64,000 nt of DNA from Octopus sinensis. Lineage: Eukaryota. The notes below the pieces were generated by a model, which was not told the DNA's origin, ran no database searches, and saw nothing but the letters and a program-made list of their open reading frames with translations. The stretch is from assembly GCF_006345805.1 (NCBI RefSeq), contig NC_043015.1:23684001-23748000 (forward strand). The letters run 5' to 3'. Below are positions 40,871-54,629 of the stretch, one piece after another (position 1 is the first letter of the stretch; each line of letters begins with the position of its first letter). The position numbers and the translations under genes were made by a program.

Positions 40871-41807
40871 GACTCTACTATACTCAGATTCTATCCCTTC
40901 AAACTTTTGTTTCCAAATTTTTTTTTTTTATTCAGCTCCCAAGTTCGTCTGTCCCTTTTAAATGTTAGTGTTTTGCTGTCTGCCTTGAAGCAGACCTTTC
41001 CGTTGTCACTGCCTGATATTTATGATTGATCTTTCAAAATATTTTACTTTCTCAACTTACTCAAGATCATTAGTTGTTGATAAATGGGAGAGAGATAGAT
41101 AGAGAAGGATAGAGAGTAAGAGAAAGCGAGGGAGAGTCCGAGAGAAATAAAGAGTAAGAGAGTGGGAAAGTGAGAGAAAAAGGAGAGAGAAACAAAGAGG
41201 GAGAATGTGGTGATAAAAAGCAAAAAGGAAGCAACAGAAAGCAACAACCACACTGTTACCCGCTCGTCGAGCGGGTCACCTTAAGCTATTTTATTATAAT
41301 AATAAAATGTATGAACATTCGTGAAGCTGAGAAAAGTTAGCAAAGCCCTAAATATTGTCCATATACACAGAACCAGATTGTTTACAAGATATATAACACC
41401 AACATCGCAGGTGACTCCAATGATTCATAGATACTATTCAAATTACAGCAAAAATTAAAGGATTCATAGCTACATTGTAAGTTTTCATCATTATATATGT
41501 CACTTATCCAAACACTGGCCTGATAATTTCCTTCTATTAGATTATAATACTGCCACGATACACATTACATTATAACTGTGGTATAAGAGTTGGGGAAGCA
41601 AGCTGGAGATCTTAAAATGACAGCAAACCTTTATGAAATTATGCATATTAACACTTGCATGACATAAATGAATAAGAATCCGCTTTCCTCACAGATATTC
41701 TCTCCCTTCTTTTCGTTCTCTATCATGACAGATATTGATCAGGCCATAACAGCATTGAAAATATCTCTCCCTCTCTCGTTCACTTGCTCTATCCATCTGT
41801 TTGTCTG

Positions 41808-42166
<359 letters not shown>

Positions 42167-44036
42167 ATGTCTGTCTGTCTGTCTGTTTGTCTGTCTGCCT
42201 GTCTCGCTATCTATTTATCTGTCTGATCGTCTATCTATGTATCTATGTATCTATCTATATATCTATCAGCCTATTTTTGATTAATTATTACAGAATGTTT
42301 TTTTCCTCACTTTATCTTTGACTTACACACTTTCAGGTGCCCTTCTCTCACTCTCACCCATTTTTCTCTCCCCACATTCTCTACCCTCCTTCTCTCCCCT
42401 CATTCTCTCTCTTTCTCTACCTCTACTTCCCCATCGGTTAATGACAGTCTCCTCACAATCGACTTAACATAATTTCTATATTCTTACGTTATGCAATTTT
42501 TCCTAACACAACCTGAAATATTTCATAACTTCATAATTTCGCAGCATTTCATTACTATAATTAAATTTCATTATCCACAAATACACACAAACCTTTCTTT
42601 CTCTCTCTGTCTCTCTCGCTCTCTCTCTTTCTCACACACATGCGCGCGCGCACACACGCATCGAAACTTATTATTCATTTCAAATTATTCCCTCAGCTCT
42701 CGAAATTTACATGTGCGTCGCTATGTTTATGAATTCCAATGTTGTTCGCCTGTAACAATATTTGCATGTTGTACCATTATACCTATACATTCTCATTAAA
42801 TTTAAGCCAGATAGCAATATATTTACCTTCAGTGCTCATCTTGACATGAAATTTAACGGTCATATTTTCCACCCACCTCACCTCCCACTAACCGCTTACT
42901 TACAGATCTTACTTTTCCTTTTTTCCCTCTCTCGCTGTGTGTGCTCGGATTTGCATATACATCTATGTACGTGCGCGTGTGTGTTTATACACACAAACAT
43001 ATATGACTGCGTCGACTTAAAAGACACGGTAGCGAAATCGCCCGCTTCCTCTCTTGTTCCCCTTCAGTTTATAGATATATTTCTCAAACCACACACACAT
43101 ACACACAGCACGTACATCTGAGCAGATAGATAAACACACAAATATCGTTTCTCTCTCTCTCTCTCTCTCTCGCTCTCTCACGGGAACTCACACACTCACA
43201 CTCACACACACACACACACACGCACACACACTCTTTCTGCGATGACTGTTCTTGAATCATATTATTGATCTTGCATACGATATTTAGAATTGAAATACAG
43301 GAACGCTATATTTCCCTTGACTTCTATCATAAACGGTAATGATAAATATCTCCTAGATCATTAGGGTTCCATCATGTTCGTATTTACATAGGGTTTCATG
43401 TGGTTTTTCGCAGATCTGGCTTTCCTCTCCTTTTCACAAGTTTTGGCAGTTTGACTAAATGATCATGGCATGGCAAACTCATGAAATATTTTACTGAAGA
43501 CAATAGTATAAAAACGGAAATATGTTCAACAACTGAAATCCAATTCGACTAAAATGGTTGACATTATTATAATTACCCCAGTCCTACTCTAAATCAGTAA
43601 ACGCATGATCTGAGGAATTCTAGCCGTGACCATCACCTTGTTTTTCAGTGATTGTATATTTTAAAGTACGTTACCTAAACTGCTCTTCTTTCTACGTTAA
43701 GACAATATGTATGATTTCTTATAGTTTTCGGTGCTATTTCTCTTATATCTCACTTATTGTGATTTAATGCTTGTTAGTGGTATTTTCTAGGCAAAAGTCA
43801 AGCCTGAACAACCCGAATTATGGTTTACGTGTAAAAATAGGCTCTAAGCGTAACGCAACTGGCGTTAGTTGTCAAATACAAGGAACATATAATCCAATGT
43901 GTATTTCTTCTTGGGAATAAAATTTAGTTTTTGCTTTCGACAAGGTCAAACGTAAATCAAGCTGTAGTTTAGCAGACTCCTCAGATGAATTGTGCAAGGG
44001 AAGTAGTAGAAAAGTTATATACATTTTGGTATATGG

Positions 44037-44070
<34 letters not shown>

Positions 44071-44150
44071 GAGTGCATATATATATATATATATACGTTT
44101 ACATATTTGTTGTGCAAGATTTTTTATGTGAAGTCGTGTGTTGAAACAGA

Positions 44151-44410
44151 TATTATTATATTTCGGAATGATCATTTTGCCAGTTTAGCCAATAAAAACA
44201 CAAGCACTATATATTTGGTGTTACTTTGCTTCAGTGTTATTCATTTTTTACATTAATCTTAATCTTATGTGACGAAAGAACTCTGGCCGAAATACGATTA
44301 AGATTAATGTAAAAAATAAAAAAAACACTGAAGCAAAGTAACACCAAATATATAGTGCGTGTGTTTTTATTGGCTAAACTGGCAAAATGACCATCCGAAA
44401 TATAATAATA
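44151..44410. mobile_element. Foldback/MITE-like palindrome (~114-bp arms, 31-bp loop)
   Basis: 44151-44264 is the near-perfect reverse complement of 44296-44410. Confidence 0.8.
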
Positions 44411-44424
44411 TGTATATATTTATA

Positions 44425-44490
<66 letters not shown>

Positions 44491-44496
44491 ATATTT

Positions 44497-44850
44497 CTTT
44501 TATTCTTTTATTCGTTTCAGTCAAGAAGTGTGGTCATGCTGGAGCACAACTGTGGTTTTGCTCATTTCCTCCGGCTGTGTGGGGTTTCACATCACCAATA
44601 CTATATGTGCCTTTACCCCAGATGTTGGCTCGTTTGGTGTATAGGAGAGTTTAATTCGGCTACCCTCGTCTGTACATCATGCCAGGCCGTTGGTTGATCC
44701 GGTATTGTGGAGAGGAAGATCTCTAGTTCCTTTTTGAAAACATCTACGTTCACATTATGCAGATGTCTTAATTTTTTGCGAGGGCATTGAAGAGTGGTGG
44801 GACCTTGAACCCCAGTCAATTTCAGTATCTGGTCCTGAATTTAGATAGCG
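44497..44850 (-). mobile_element. 3' end of a CR1-like LINE
   Basis: QGPTTLQC..KKLRHLHNVNVDVFKKELEIFLSTIPDQP (CR1 C-terminus GP..FN.LP..LR....FK..LD.FL..PD.P), followed by the CCAGCATGACC...GACTGAAAC tail. Confidence 0.75.
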
Positions 44851-45360
44851 TGGATGGAATCCAGTTCTGACATTTATATTACACCCAATGCCGAAAGTTT
44901 TGTGCATCAACAGGCATCGATTTCATGCATGCATCGTATATATACACATACACGTTTGCGTGCACGTCTGTGCACATGTAAGGGAAGACAGGAAACTTTC
45001 AAACATCATCTAAGCCTTGTTTTTTTTACTAAAGTATTTAGCACGTCCATTTCAAATAGACATCACAATTTAAACCACTTATATTAAAAGATTTACCCAA
45101 ACTAAAGGTTGTATGTGTACAGGGAGTGCCTATACGTTTATATTCATATGTTTGTGCGCATCTGTGTGTATCTTTGCTTGCTTGTGTATGCATGACTGCA
45201 TGTGTCTCTGTGCACATTGAAGACGCTTCTCCATCTTTCCATGAGCATAGAGCTTCTGAACCTGCTTGTGTACTGAAAGACAGCACTACAAATGATATAG
45301 ATGAGGGTATGGACTACTTCTTTATCGCTGGCAAAACAATTTTCTGTCCGTATAAACAAG

Positions 45361-45516
45361 AAACAAAAGATTGAAGAGGTGTATTGGTCATCACTTGGAA
45401 CCAAAATCATGATTGAAACCATCTTTCTCGATGCAGCAGGAAGGTTCAGCAACGTTTCTCACCTCATCAACAAACATGTGCTTATTACTGATCAGACACA
45501 TTCTCGAGCATTGAAG
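45361..45516 (+). CDS. Candidate 156-nt phase-0 exon, unidentified
   Basis: Open frame KQKIEEVYWSSLG...HSRALK ending at AAG|GTAAGT. Acceptor is weak. Confidence 0.15.
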
Positions 45517-45679
45517 GTAAGTTATCATTTCGAAGAATATGAGATACAGTTTGGAAACGTACGTATACACACAAGTGCACACACACACACACATAAAACA
45601 TATAAAGCAGATTTATGAGTTCGTGCATACGGCCGCGTTTATGTTCACGTCAGTGCGTACTTGTGTTTGCGTGTCTGCA

Positions 45680-45696
45680 TATATATATATATATAT

Positions 45697-45728
<32 letters not shown>

Positions 45729-45756
45729 ATATAATATATATTATATATATATATAG

Positions 45757-45787
<31 letters not shown>

Positions 45788-45908
45788 AATAATATATATA
45801 TATATATATTAATATATATATATAAATATATATTATATATATATATATATATATAATATATATATATAATTATATATATATATTATATATAATATATATA
45901 TATATATC

Positions 45909-45994
<86 letters not shown>

Positions 45995-46100
45995 TATATA
46001 TATATTATTATATATATATATATATATAAATATATATATATATGTATGTATATATATATGTATATATCTATCTATATATATATATAGTTACGTATATATA
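45680..46100. repeat. Long interrupted (TA)n microsatellite
   Basis: Read directly. Dozens of similar (TA)n, (CA)n and (ACAT)n tracts occur across the window. Confidence 0.95.
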
Positions 46101-46372
46101 TAGTTACGTATATATAGATATAAAAACACAAAACAGAAACAGACACATGAAGCGACTCCCAAAGAAATGTATACACACAAGCAAACAACACACGCATATA
46201 CTGTTTTCGTAAACGTAACTATGCATACAAAGCCAACGATGGTGATTACTCATGAGACGGTGAGTATATTTACAGGAATTAAGATGAACGGCATCACGTG
46301 CAGTTACATACACACACGTAGTCGTGTATCCTTATATGCATACACAAATACATTATCATGTACGTAGCTACG

Positions 46373-46405
<33 letters not shown>

Positions 46406-47216
46406 TATATATATAGGCGTGTATGTGTAAACAGGCGTGTATATGTGTGTGAGTGGTTGTAAAAGTGTGTGAATGTGTGTGTTAATATATATTTTCCTAC
46501 GTGCATTCACATCGATGATTCATTGTTAATCCAATGTTATCGTTACCCTTTAATCCTTCATGGTAATGCTGTGCACCTGGTGTCAAGGATGTAACACAAA
46601 GGATTATTATTCCAAGTCAAGGCAATGCTGTCAAATACCTGAATATGTAATTAACAGTAGATGCTTCTATCACTTCCACAGGGCATCTGGCAACACAGCT
46701 TAGAGGCAAGTTGCGGTTACATCCTTCTTGCATCATAATAAAGTAACAACTTCTTGTGTATATGTGTTTGTTGATAATTTTCGTTTGTTCTTAATACATT
46801 ATTTCTTCGCTACTGTTATGCTGGAGGAAGCAATGAAATATTATTCCGAAACCTTTTCTTAAGCTAGCAATACGATCCTTATATTATTCACCTGACATAT
46901 AGAAATAGTTTACAACAGAGGTTTGTAAATATGTATGCATGCATGTATATATGTATACATGTATGTATCGATGTGTATGTGGAGGTGTTCATTTTTATTT
47001 GCAACCATTTTGAGAATCCTGAGGTACGTCCTCTAAGGTAAATATTAAAATCCTGTCACTACAAATACAAATTGGGCAGTCAAATAACTTCTACATGTTT
47101 ACGTCTAGGTCTGCACATCTTGGGATGGAAAAGTTGGGTAGCAATCCAAATCCACATATGTATGGGTGAATGTATGTATTCATGTAAGTACATATAAAAT
47201 GTATGTGCATATATAC

Positions 47217-47256
<40 letters not shown>

Positions 47257-47874
47257 ATGGATATGCACAGACAGATTGGTCGATCGATAGACAGATACAC
47301 ACATATATTCATACATATATACATATATGCATCGATATACACATATATGCATATATACACGCGCGCACACAGATACATAATCTATAATATAAACTGGACA
47401 TGGGCGATCGTTGTATTCTTTTTGTTTTCAGATTCACAGCCAAACGACTGGGTGAATACGCGTGAAAAATCGCACACATTTAGAGACGGCTGCATAGTTT
47501 GTATTTTTCCACAGCCCCCATAGTTACCGAGAAAATGGATTAATTTATTTTTCTAAAGGAATTCTCCAGATTGTACCGCCATTAAACCAGTTGCTCACAC
47601 AGTCGGCATATATCATTTCGCTAGCAACAAGGGGAGTACAGGATGACAGTCAGTCAAAACTTTCGCTATGCTGTCTCTCTTCTTTCACATCTTTGTGGGG
47701 TTAGTAATCTTAATCGTTAGTTAGTTTCTCATTCAAACTACATAATAGGTAGAATTGTCGGATTAAGACGGTAGGGTGTTTTGAGGACATTCTCACACAC
47801 ACACGCGCGCGCAAGCAAGCACGCACGCACGCACGCACGCACACACTCACACACCACACACACACACACACTCA

Positions 47875-47930
<56 letters not shown>

Positions 47931-48251
47931 CATTTCATATATTTTCTTTCAATTTCTACTCTCTGCAACTACAATTTTTACGGATACAACTGCTTACAAA
48001 AATAGCGATTAATATATAATTTCTTTCTATGTTCATGATTAAATAAATGTTTTAATGATTAGACAGAGATCCAATAGAATAGATTTCAGAAACAGATTAA
48101 ATACACATTCGTTCTTCACAACTCCAGAAGCTGTTTTCTGACAGGGGGGAAGGAAATTTTCATACAGCTGGAGGCTCCAATCGAAACAGGAGACCCGGCA
48201 AACGATCACAGCCACATCATCCAAACAGAGTGAAACCGGGCTTAGTTGCTA

Positions 48252-48287
<36 letters not shown>

Positions 48288-48877
48288 ATATAGATAATGC
48301 AAATGAAGCTAAATTGATTAATTTTATTATTTAAGGTTTATTAACACCCTTTATATCAATAATTTGATAAACACAAATTGAAGAGCTCAAAACGTATAGA
48401 GTTGTCTCCCCTTATTCACAACACAGGAACTGAAGAACTACAATTACTACTACTTCCTGTTTTGCCAACACCCTTAATTAAACTAAACAACACATGGCTT
48501 TAATCCCATTGGATCCTAATACTTCAAGGTAATTTTTTCGTGAACAATCATTAAACTCAAGATACACAAAGACTTCACAATGTATCGGAGTACTTATTTT
48601 TTAATTTTTGTACATATTTATCATTTTTTTTTTGCAAAAAACAATGCAATTTTCCTTTACAATTCTTGACAAGTCATATTATGACGAAAACCGGTTTGAA
48701 TTAATATATATTTATATATTTTATCAATTTTTCAAAGACTTTTTCCATACACCCATTTACATTAAAATTTTCTGCATTTTTACAATTTTTCCTTGCTATA
48801 TATATATATATATATATATAGTATAGTATAGGAAAGAATGGAGCTGAGCGAAGATTTAACAAAGTTCTTTTATTTTA

Positions 48878-48962
48878 TTTTTGACATATGTTTCGAAGTC
48901 TGCAAAATCCCTAATTCCGAATGAATAAGGTGTCCATTATGCAGCTTTCTCTTCAGGAAAAA
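48878..48962 (-). ncRNA. Type I hammerhead ribozyme-like motif in a PLE pLTR relic
   Basis: Minus: TTTTT-C-CTGAAGA-GAAAGCTGCA...TGCAGACTTC-GAAA-C-ATAT-GTC-AAAAA. Palindromic helix III ACATATGT. Confidence 0.6.
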
Positions 48963-49050
48963 CCAGGAACTTAATTCTCCAACAAAATGCACAACAGGTT
49001 TTTCGATGACTGCTCACTAGGAGCCCATAGAGATAATGATAAATAGTGTC

Positions 49051-49077
49051 TATTTATAGAGGGTGACGCCAGATTGG
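49051..49077 (-). promoter_or_regulatory. CCAAT + TATA pair upstream of the 48878-48962 hammerhead
   Basis: Minus CCAAT (49077-73) and TATAAATA (49058-51), about 95 nt 5' of the HHR core. Confidence 0.35.
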
Positions 49078-49259
49078 TTGAAAGTAGGAGAAAATGCCAG
49101 TTAAAATAGTTCAAGAGTTCAATCAAGGTTGCTGAAGGAAGGTAAAGGAAAACTAAAGTGAGGGAATGTATTCTGTATGACTGGTGTTTATATTTGATTT
49201 ATTTTATGAATGAGTGCTCGTATGTATGAGTGTGTAAATTTGCCTTAATGTGTGTGAGT

Positions 49260-49293
<34 letters not shown>

Positions 49294-49844
49294 TAACACC
49301 AGTGGTCTAGCATAATAAAATCTGAAAGTTCAATAAATTGTATTATATATATACGAGAGGGATGGGCAACCCTTATGCTAGAAGTAGATCCGCTATGGTC
49401 TTACCACTAAGAAATGTTCTCAAGAAAAATTTAGCAAACACCAGGAACGTAAGCGAGCAAGACAAATGTAAAGTAACAAAATACAGATTATTCACCTACA
49501 TGTTTCTCTATTAACAGATAACGTAATTTTACTTACGCAATTGTCCCTAGATCTTCAGTATGATCCTTAATACAAATATAATTTATAGAACAATATACGA
49601 GGTCAGATTTGTATCTAGTTGTATACGAAGTCAGACTTGTATCTGCACGAGGTCATATCTGTATCTAGTTCTACCTATTACACTTGCGGTTATTTTTCAA
49701 AAGTCCTCGTTTTTGGCGCGCTAAATTACCCTCTTCATTATCTACATCAATAACATTGTAGACGTATGAAACATTCTACATTGAAAATATTTGCAGGTGA
49801 TTCCAAACCTCAGAAAGACATAAACGGCATGGGTGGCTGAACAC

Positions 49845-51015
49845 TCATTCAGTCGGATCTATTTGCTATTGTCCAATGGGCGAAAAGAAAAAAAATATAT
49901 TCTAAATGAAAATAAGTTTGGTTTGATCACCTTTGGAAAAGAGGATACTCTGAAATTACCATATGCTCTTCCCTTGGACGACTCCCTAGTATCATCCAAC
50001 AACACCAGAGACCTTGGAGTAATTGTTGATAACAGTCTAAGCTTGAGTTCTCTCGTAAACAGCAAGGTTGACTTGGCCCGCAAGATATGCTGCTGGATTC
50101 TGAAAACGTTCCGGTCTAGAGATGCTCACAGATGGGTTGAAGACAATTATAGACAGTTTAATGCTGGAAAATTCCAAGCATTCAGCTACCAACGCCCAAA
50201 ATTGTATATAAAACTTGCAAGGTACACTGGCCCAAAAGGGATTATAATCCTAGAGCCGAAATCAGTGAGGGACCTGGGTATCGACATGAATGATGACGCT
50301 TCTTTCCAAATTCACATGGCCAGGATGGCTGGCTGGATCATGAGAACCTTACAAATCAGAGAAAAGGAAACCATGATGGTCATTTGGAGGGCATTCTTCC
50401 TCAGCCGCCAGCTATGTTCCTCACTCAGTGTAAAATTAACAGCAGACCTTGAAGCAATCCAGTGACGCTTCAGAAAGAAGATCGCCTCATTGCAATAGCT
50501 CAGTTGCTGGGATAGTCTGAAACTTTAGGAAGAGAATACACTGAAGTTACTCTATGTTCTTCGCTGGGGTGAAGGTGGGAAATATATGAAGTAATATACA
50601 TCTAGAATATCCTGGAAGGGATTGTGCCAAATTTTGGCATTTAAAACTATACCAATACCAGAACGGGTCACTCCTGCACAGTGCCAAAGTTCTCAGCAAT
50701 ACCATCGTGCTTCAGGACTAGTCACAGCAACAGCCTGGGTTTCAGGAGCCTACATCATTTTAATATTCTTCCAATGAGCCTTAGGTATCTACACAAAGTG
50801 GATGTGGCGGTTTCAAATCGAGACTGGATTTCTTCCTGTCGAGAGTCCCATATAAATCTACCTCGCGACAGACGGTGCAAATGAGGATAGTGGCATCAAG
50901 CTCCCTTATTTCCAAAATACCACATATCAGATAAGGCTTTCAATAATAACAGCGTATAAAAACGGCGGTGCCCCAGCATGGCCACAGCTTTGAACTGAAA
51001 CTAATAAAACATAAA
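49845..51015 (+). mobile_element. CR1-like LINE relic made of two joined RT-thumb fragments
   Basis: RDLGVIVD...WILKTFRSRD followed by a second RW..N..QFNAGKF...RDLGIDM...WIMRT, then the CR1 C-terminus and the GGCGGTGCCCCAGCATGGCC...ACTGAAAC tail. Confidence 0.85.
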
Positions 51016-51039
51016 ACATGTGTACCTGTGTGTGTGTGT

Positions 51040-51260
51040 GTATGTGTGTGTGTTTGTGTGTTCGTTTTTGTCCCCCACCACCGCTTGACAACTGTTGCTG
51101 GTATTTCTACGTGCTTCTAACCTGCGGTTCAGGTACAAAGACCGATAGAATATGTAATAAGCATAAAAAAGTCGAGTGGTCGATTTGTTTGCATAAAACC
51201 CTTCAAGGTGGTGCCCAGCATGGCCAGAGTCGAATGACCTAAACAAGTGAAAGAAAAAGA
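51040..51260 (+). mobile_element. Family B SINE 3' part
   Basis: TTTGTCCCCC..CCGCTTGACAAC...GGTGGTGCCCAGCATGGCC, homologous to 35160-35390. Confidence 0.75.
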
Positions 51261-51609
51261 TATAGATATGATTACATAGAGAGGAAGAGGGATAGAGAAA
51301 AGATGGCATGAACAGTTAGAAGAGGTAAATTGTAAGTTATATAAGAAAGAGTCGTAATTTGTTCTGTAAATGTTGGTAACTCAGAATTCCCCAGGTTAGA
51401 AGGTTTTGCATAAATTATCAGGTCGTGTGTGAAGTTGTGTTAACATAGCTGGCGCGAGAACAAAATATGGTTTTCGACGCCGAGAATTGAGTTATCTTAA
51501 TAGAGGTAATTGAAAACCAAGTGTATGATTTTTTTTCCAATAGTTGTGTCACTGAGTCTAATTTGTGCCTATATTCCAACATATGCGTGTATATGTATAT
51601 GTATATATA

Positions 51610-51649
<40 letters not shown>

Positions 51650-52319
51650 TATATATATGTATATATAAATACATACAGTATGTATGCATGTACGTATGCA
51701 CATATATGCTTAAGTGTATCTTTCTATGCTTATATATTTACATATACTTTTATATAACTGCTGTATATTTATTTGAACTGGGAACAAAGAAAAATAAATT
51801 GGTTACCACCAAAATGACAGAAGTCAAGCCAACTAGGTAACAGTTTCAAATTAGTATTGGGCACATAATAATAACAGTTCTGTCTGTGTTATACATAAAT
51901 ACTCGTTACAACCATATTGTCTGCAGCATGTCGCACTGCGCTGCATCTTTGCATGTTGGACAGGAATATTCAACGGTGATGTAGTTTTTCTGAGATCTGG
52001 TGCGTCTAAGTGCTGGTAGCTGGCAGAGAAAGCCTAGTTGCATACAGAATTGTAGAAAAAAATGGCATTTAGATATGCACATGACTTTCATAATTGTTTT
52101 CTTTTAGTATATTTGATATATTTTTCAAACCGTTCGGCCTTTTTTGCTGTAAATAACTTTTCCTATCTCCACCGCTTGTATTAAAAAAGCATCATATACA
52201 TATGTAACGACAAACGTATAAACATTCATGCATGAAGATATAAGTATACATATACATATACAAACACTTACACACCCACGCACATATATACATATATATA
52301 CATACATACATATACATAT

Positions 52320-52352
<33 letters not shown>

Positions 52353-52369
52353 TGATTTATTGATTTATT

Positions 52370-54350
52370 ATACTAAGGCTAGGGCACAGACATATAACGA
52401 AATTAATAAAGAAGCTAGCGTCATCGCCGCTAAACTTAAATTAGATAAAAAAATAGAAACCCTCCCCAAAAAGAGGCCTTTATTACTATTAAGACCACAA
52501 AGAAAACTTCCTTTCCAACCCTAAATGTAGGCTTATCAACCCAGCCAAGTCAGAACTAGGGATTATTAGCAAAGAAATTTTAGATAAAATAAATACGAAA
52601 ATTAAGAGCGATACTAGGCTAGTGCAATGGTCCAATAGTATAGAAGTCGTACACTGGTTTAAAGCTATTAAGAATAAGAAAAAAGCGAGGTTTACACAAT
52701 TCGATATTGTTGATTTTTATGCCTCTATCTCTAAAGAACTGCTAGATAAAGCCCTAATCTTCGCTAGTGACTTCATAGAAATTAGTACCAATGATAAGGA
52801 TATAATCTTCCATGCTAGAAAGACATTACTTTTCAGTGAGAATGCAAAGTGGGTAAAAAACACCGACACGGAGGGCGCTTTCGATGTGAGCATGGGTTCA
52901 TATGATGGGGCAGGCATCTGTGATCTAATTGGACTCTTTCTCCTAGATACCTTCGGTAAAACATTCCCTAACGTACATTTCGCCATCTACAAAGATGATG
53001 CCCTCGCCTTAACAGCTAATACAAATGGACCAGCATAAGATCGTTTTAGGAAGGATATTATCCAGTTAATGAAACACTTCGGACTTAGTATAACTATAGA
53101 CACTAACCTGACGGTTGTCAATTTCTTAGACGTTTCCTTAGATCTTAATAATAATATTTATAAGCCTTATAGGAAGCCCAATGATAGACTAAGTTATATT
53201 AATGTAGGTTCATGCCATCCCCCTATAGTATTCAAAAATTTAGTTAAAAATATTAGTAAGAGGATTTCTAGCTCTCATCTAATGAGGACATCTTCAATAG
53301 CGTTGCCCCAGTTTATAATAAAGCTTTAAAAGATAGTGGTTTTAGCGAAAAAATAAAATATACACCTATCACCAGCCCAACAATAAGGAAAAGGAATAAT
53401 AGAAATAGGAAGGTCATCTGGTTTACGCCCCCTTACTCACCCGAGGTGGCCTTCAATATAGGTAAATATTTCCTAGCACTGATAGATAGACATTTTCCAG
53501 TTAACCATGCTTATAGGAAACTCTTCAATAGACACAATTTAAAAATTAGTTTTAGTTCAACTACCAATTTTAAAAACATAATCAATCATAACATACAAAA
53601 AACACAAGAAGAAAACAGCTGTTCATGCAGGAATAAAGAATTGTGCCCGCTAAATGGAGCTTGCATGTCCAAGACCATCATATATGAAGCTACCGTAAAC
53701 TCTATAACCACTAAAGACACCGTTTCGACGAAGAAATACGTGGGCTTGACAGAGGGTAATTTCAAGGCCAGGTTCAATAACCACACTTTGAGCTTTAGGC
53801 ACTGGAACAAAAGAAAAGCGACACAATTATCCAATCATATTTGGTCTTTAAGAGATAAAGGTGTCGATTATAACATACAATGGAAGATTTTGGCCAGATG
53901 TAAGCCCTATACTAACGGCAGCGGAAGGTGCGGTTTATGCGACATGGAGAGATGGCTTATCTGGAAAAGCAGCTTAGACCCTACCACATGTCTAAATACA
54001 AGGACAGAGCTTTTCGGATCATGCCCACATGTGGCTAAATTTCTGTTACGTTTTTGGTCCCCTAAAGAAAACGGATAGAACATGCTTTCTGTGTTATGTC
54101 CCAAGAAGATTTTATATATTTTTATATATTTTTATATATTTTTATATATTTTTATGTATTTTTAAATAATTTTTATGACGAAAAATGCGAGCGATGTATA
54201 AGTACGCAGGCAAAGCAGAGTTATAACAGAGTAATTTCCCTTCATTTTTAACGGTATTTTTTCATAACGTTTTCAAATAGCCAGATAACCGATGAGATGG
54301 TGTTGTGGATTTCCACTTCGGCATCTGAAACTCAGAGTTTTATCTTGACT
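52370..54350 (+). mobile_element. 5'-truncated Penelope-like element (Naiad-type RT + C-terminal GIY-YIG endonuclease), inactivated
   Basis: KDHKENF..PKCRLINPAKSELG, FDIVDFYASIS, GSYDG..C.L.GL, YKDDAL, VNFLDV, CSC...CPLNGAC, YVGLTEGNFKARFNNH. Two frameshifts and a TAA at 53036. Confidence 0.92.
54283..54345 (+). ncRNA. Hammerhead ribozyme variant in the PLE 3' pLTR
   Basis: AGATAA-CCGATGA-GATG..GTGG/CCAC..CATC-T-GAAA-CTC-A-GAG-TT-TTATCT. All three helices pair; U4 is C and there is an extra U before GAAA. Confidence 0.65.
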
Positions 54351-54367
54351 ACCGAGTAATGTAACAT

Positions 54368-54406
<39 letters not shown>

Positions 54407-54629
54407 GTTTTGTGAATCTGTCTTTACATGTATGCCCCTGTCTTTTTTTCTGAACTTTACGGTGCTTGAAAGCACACAATAATGTATGTTTTCATACTCC
54501 ATAACTTGATGGTGTGACAGATAACTATCACTAGCATCTTCAATACTCCAAGACACTGCAATGCCATACTTCAGTAGGGCGGTGTTCCTAACTTCTACGT
54601 CTTAACAAGGCAACTATGTCAAAGAGAAC

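Noticed and set aside
53600-53680. Selenocysteine recoding as in some Naiad PLEs
   Set aside because: The Cys-rich linker uses normal Cys codons, there is no in-frame TGA, and no SECIS was recognised.
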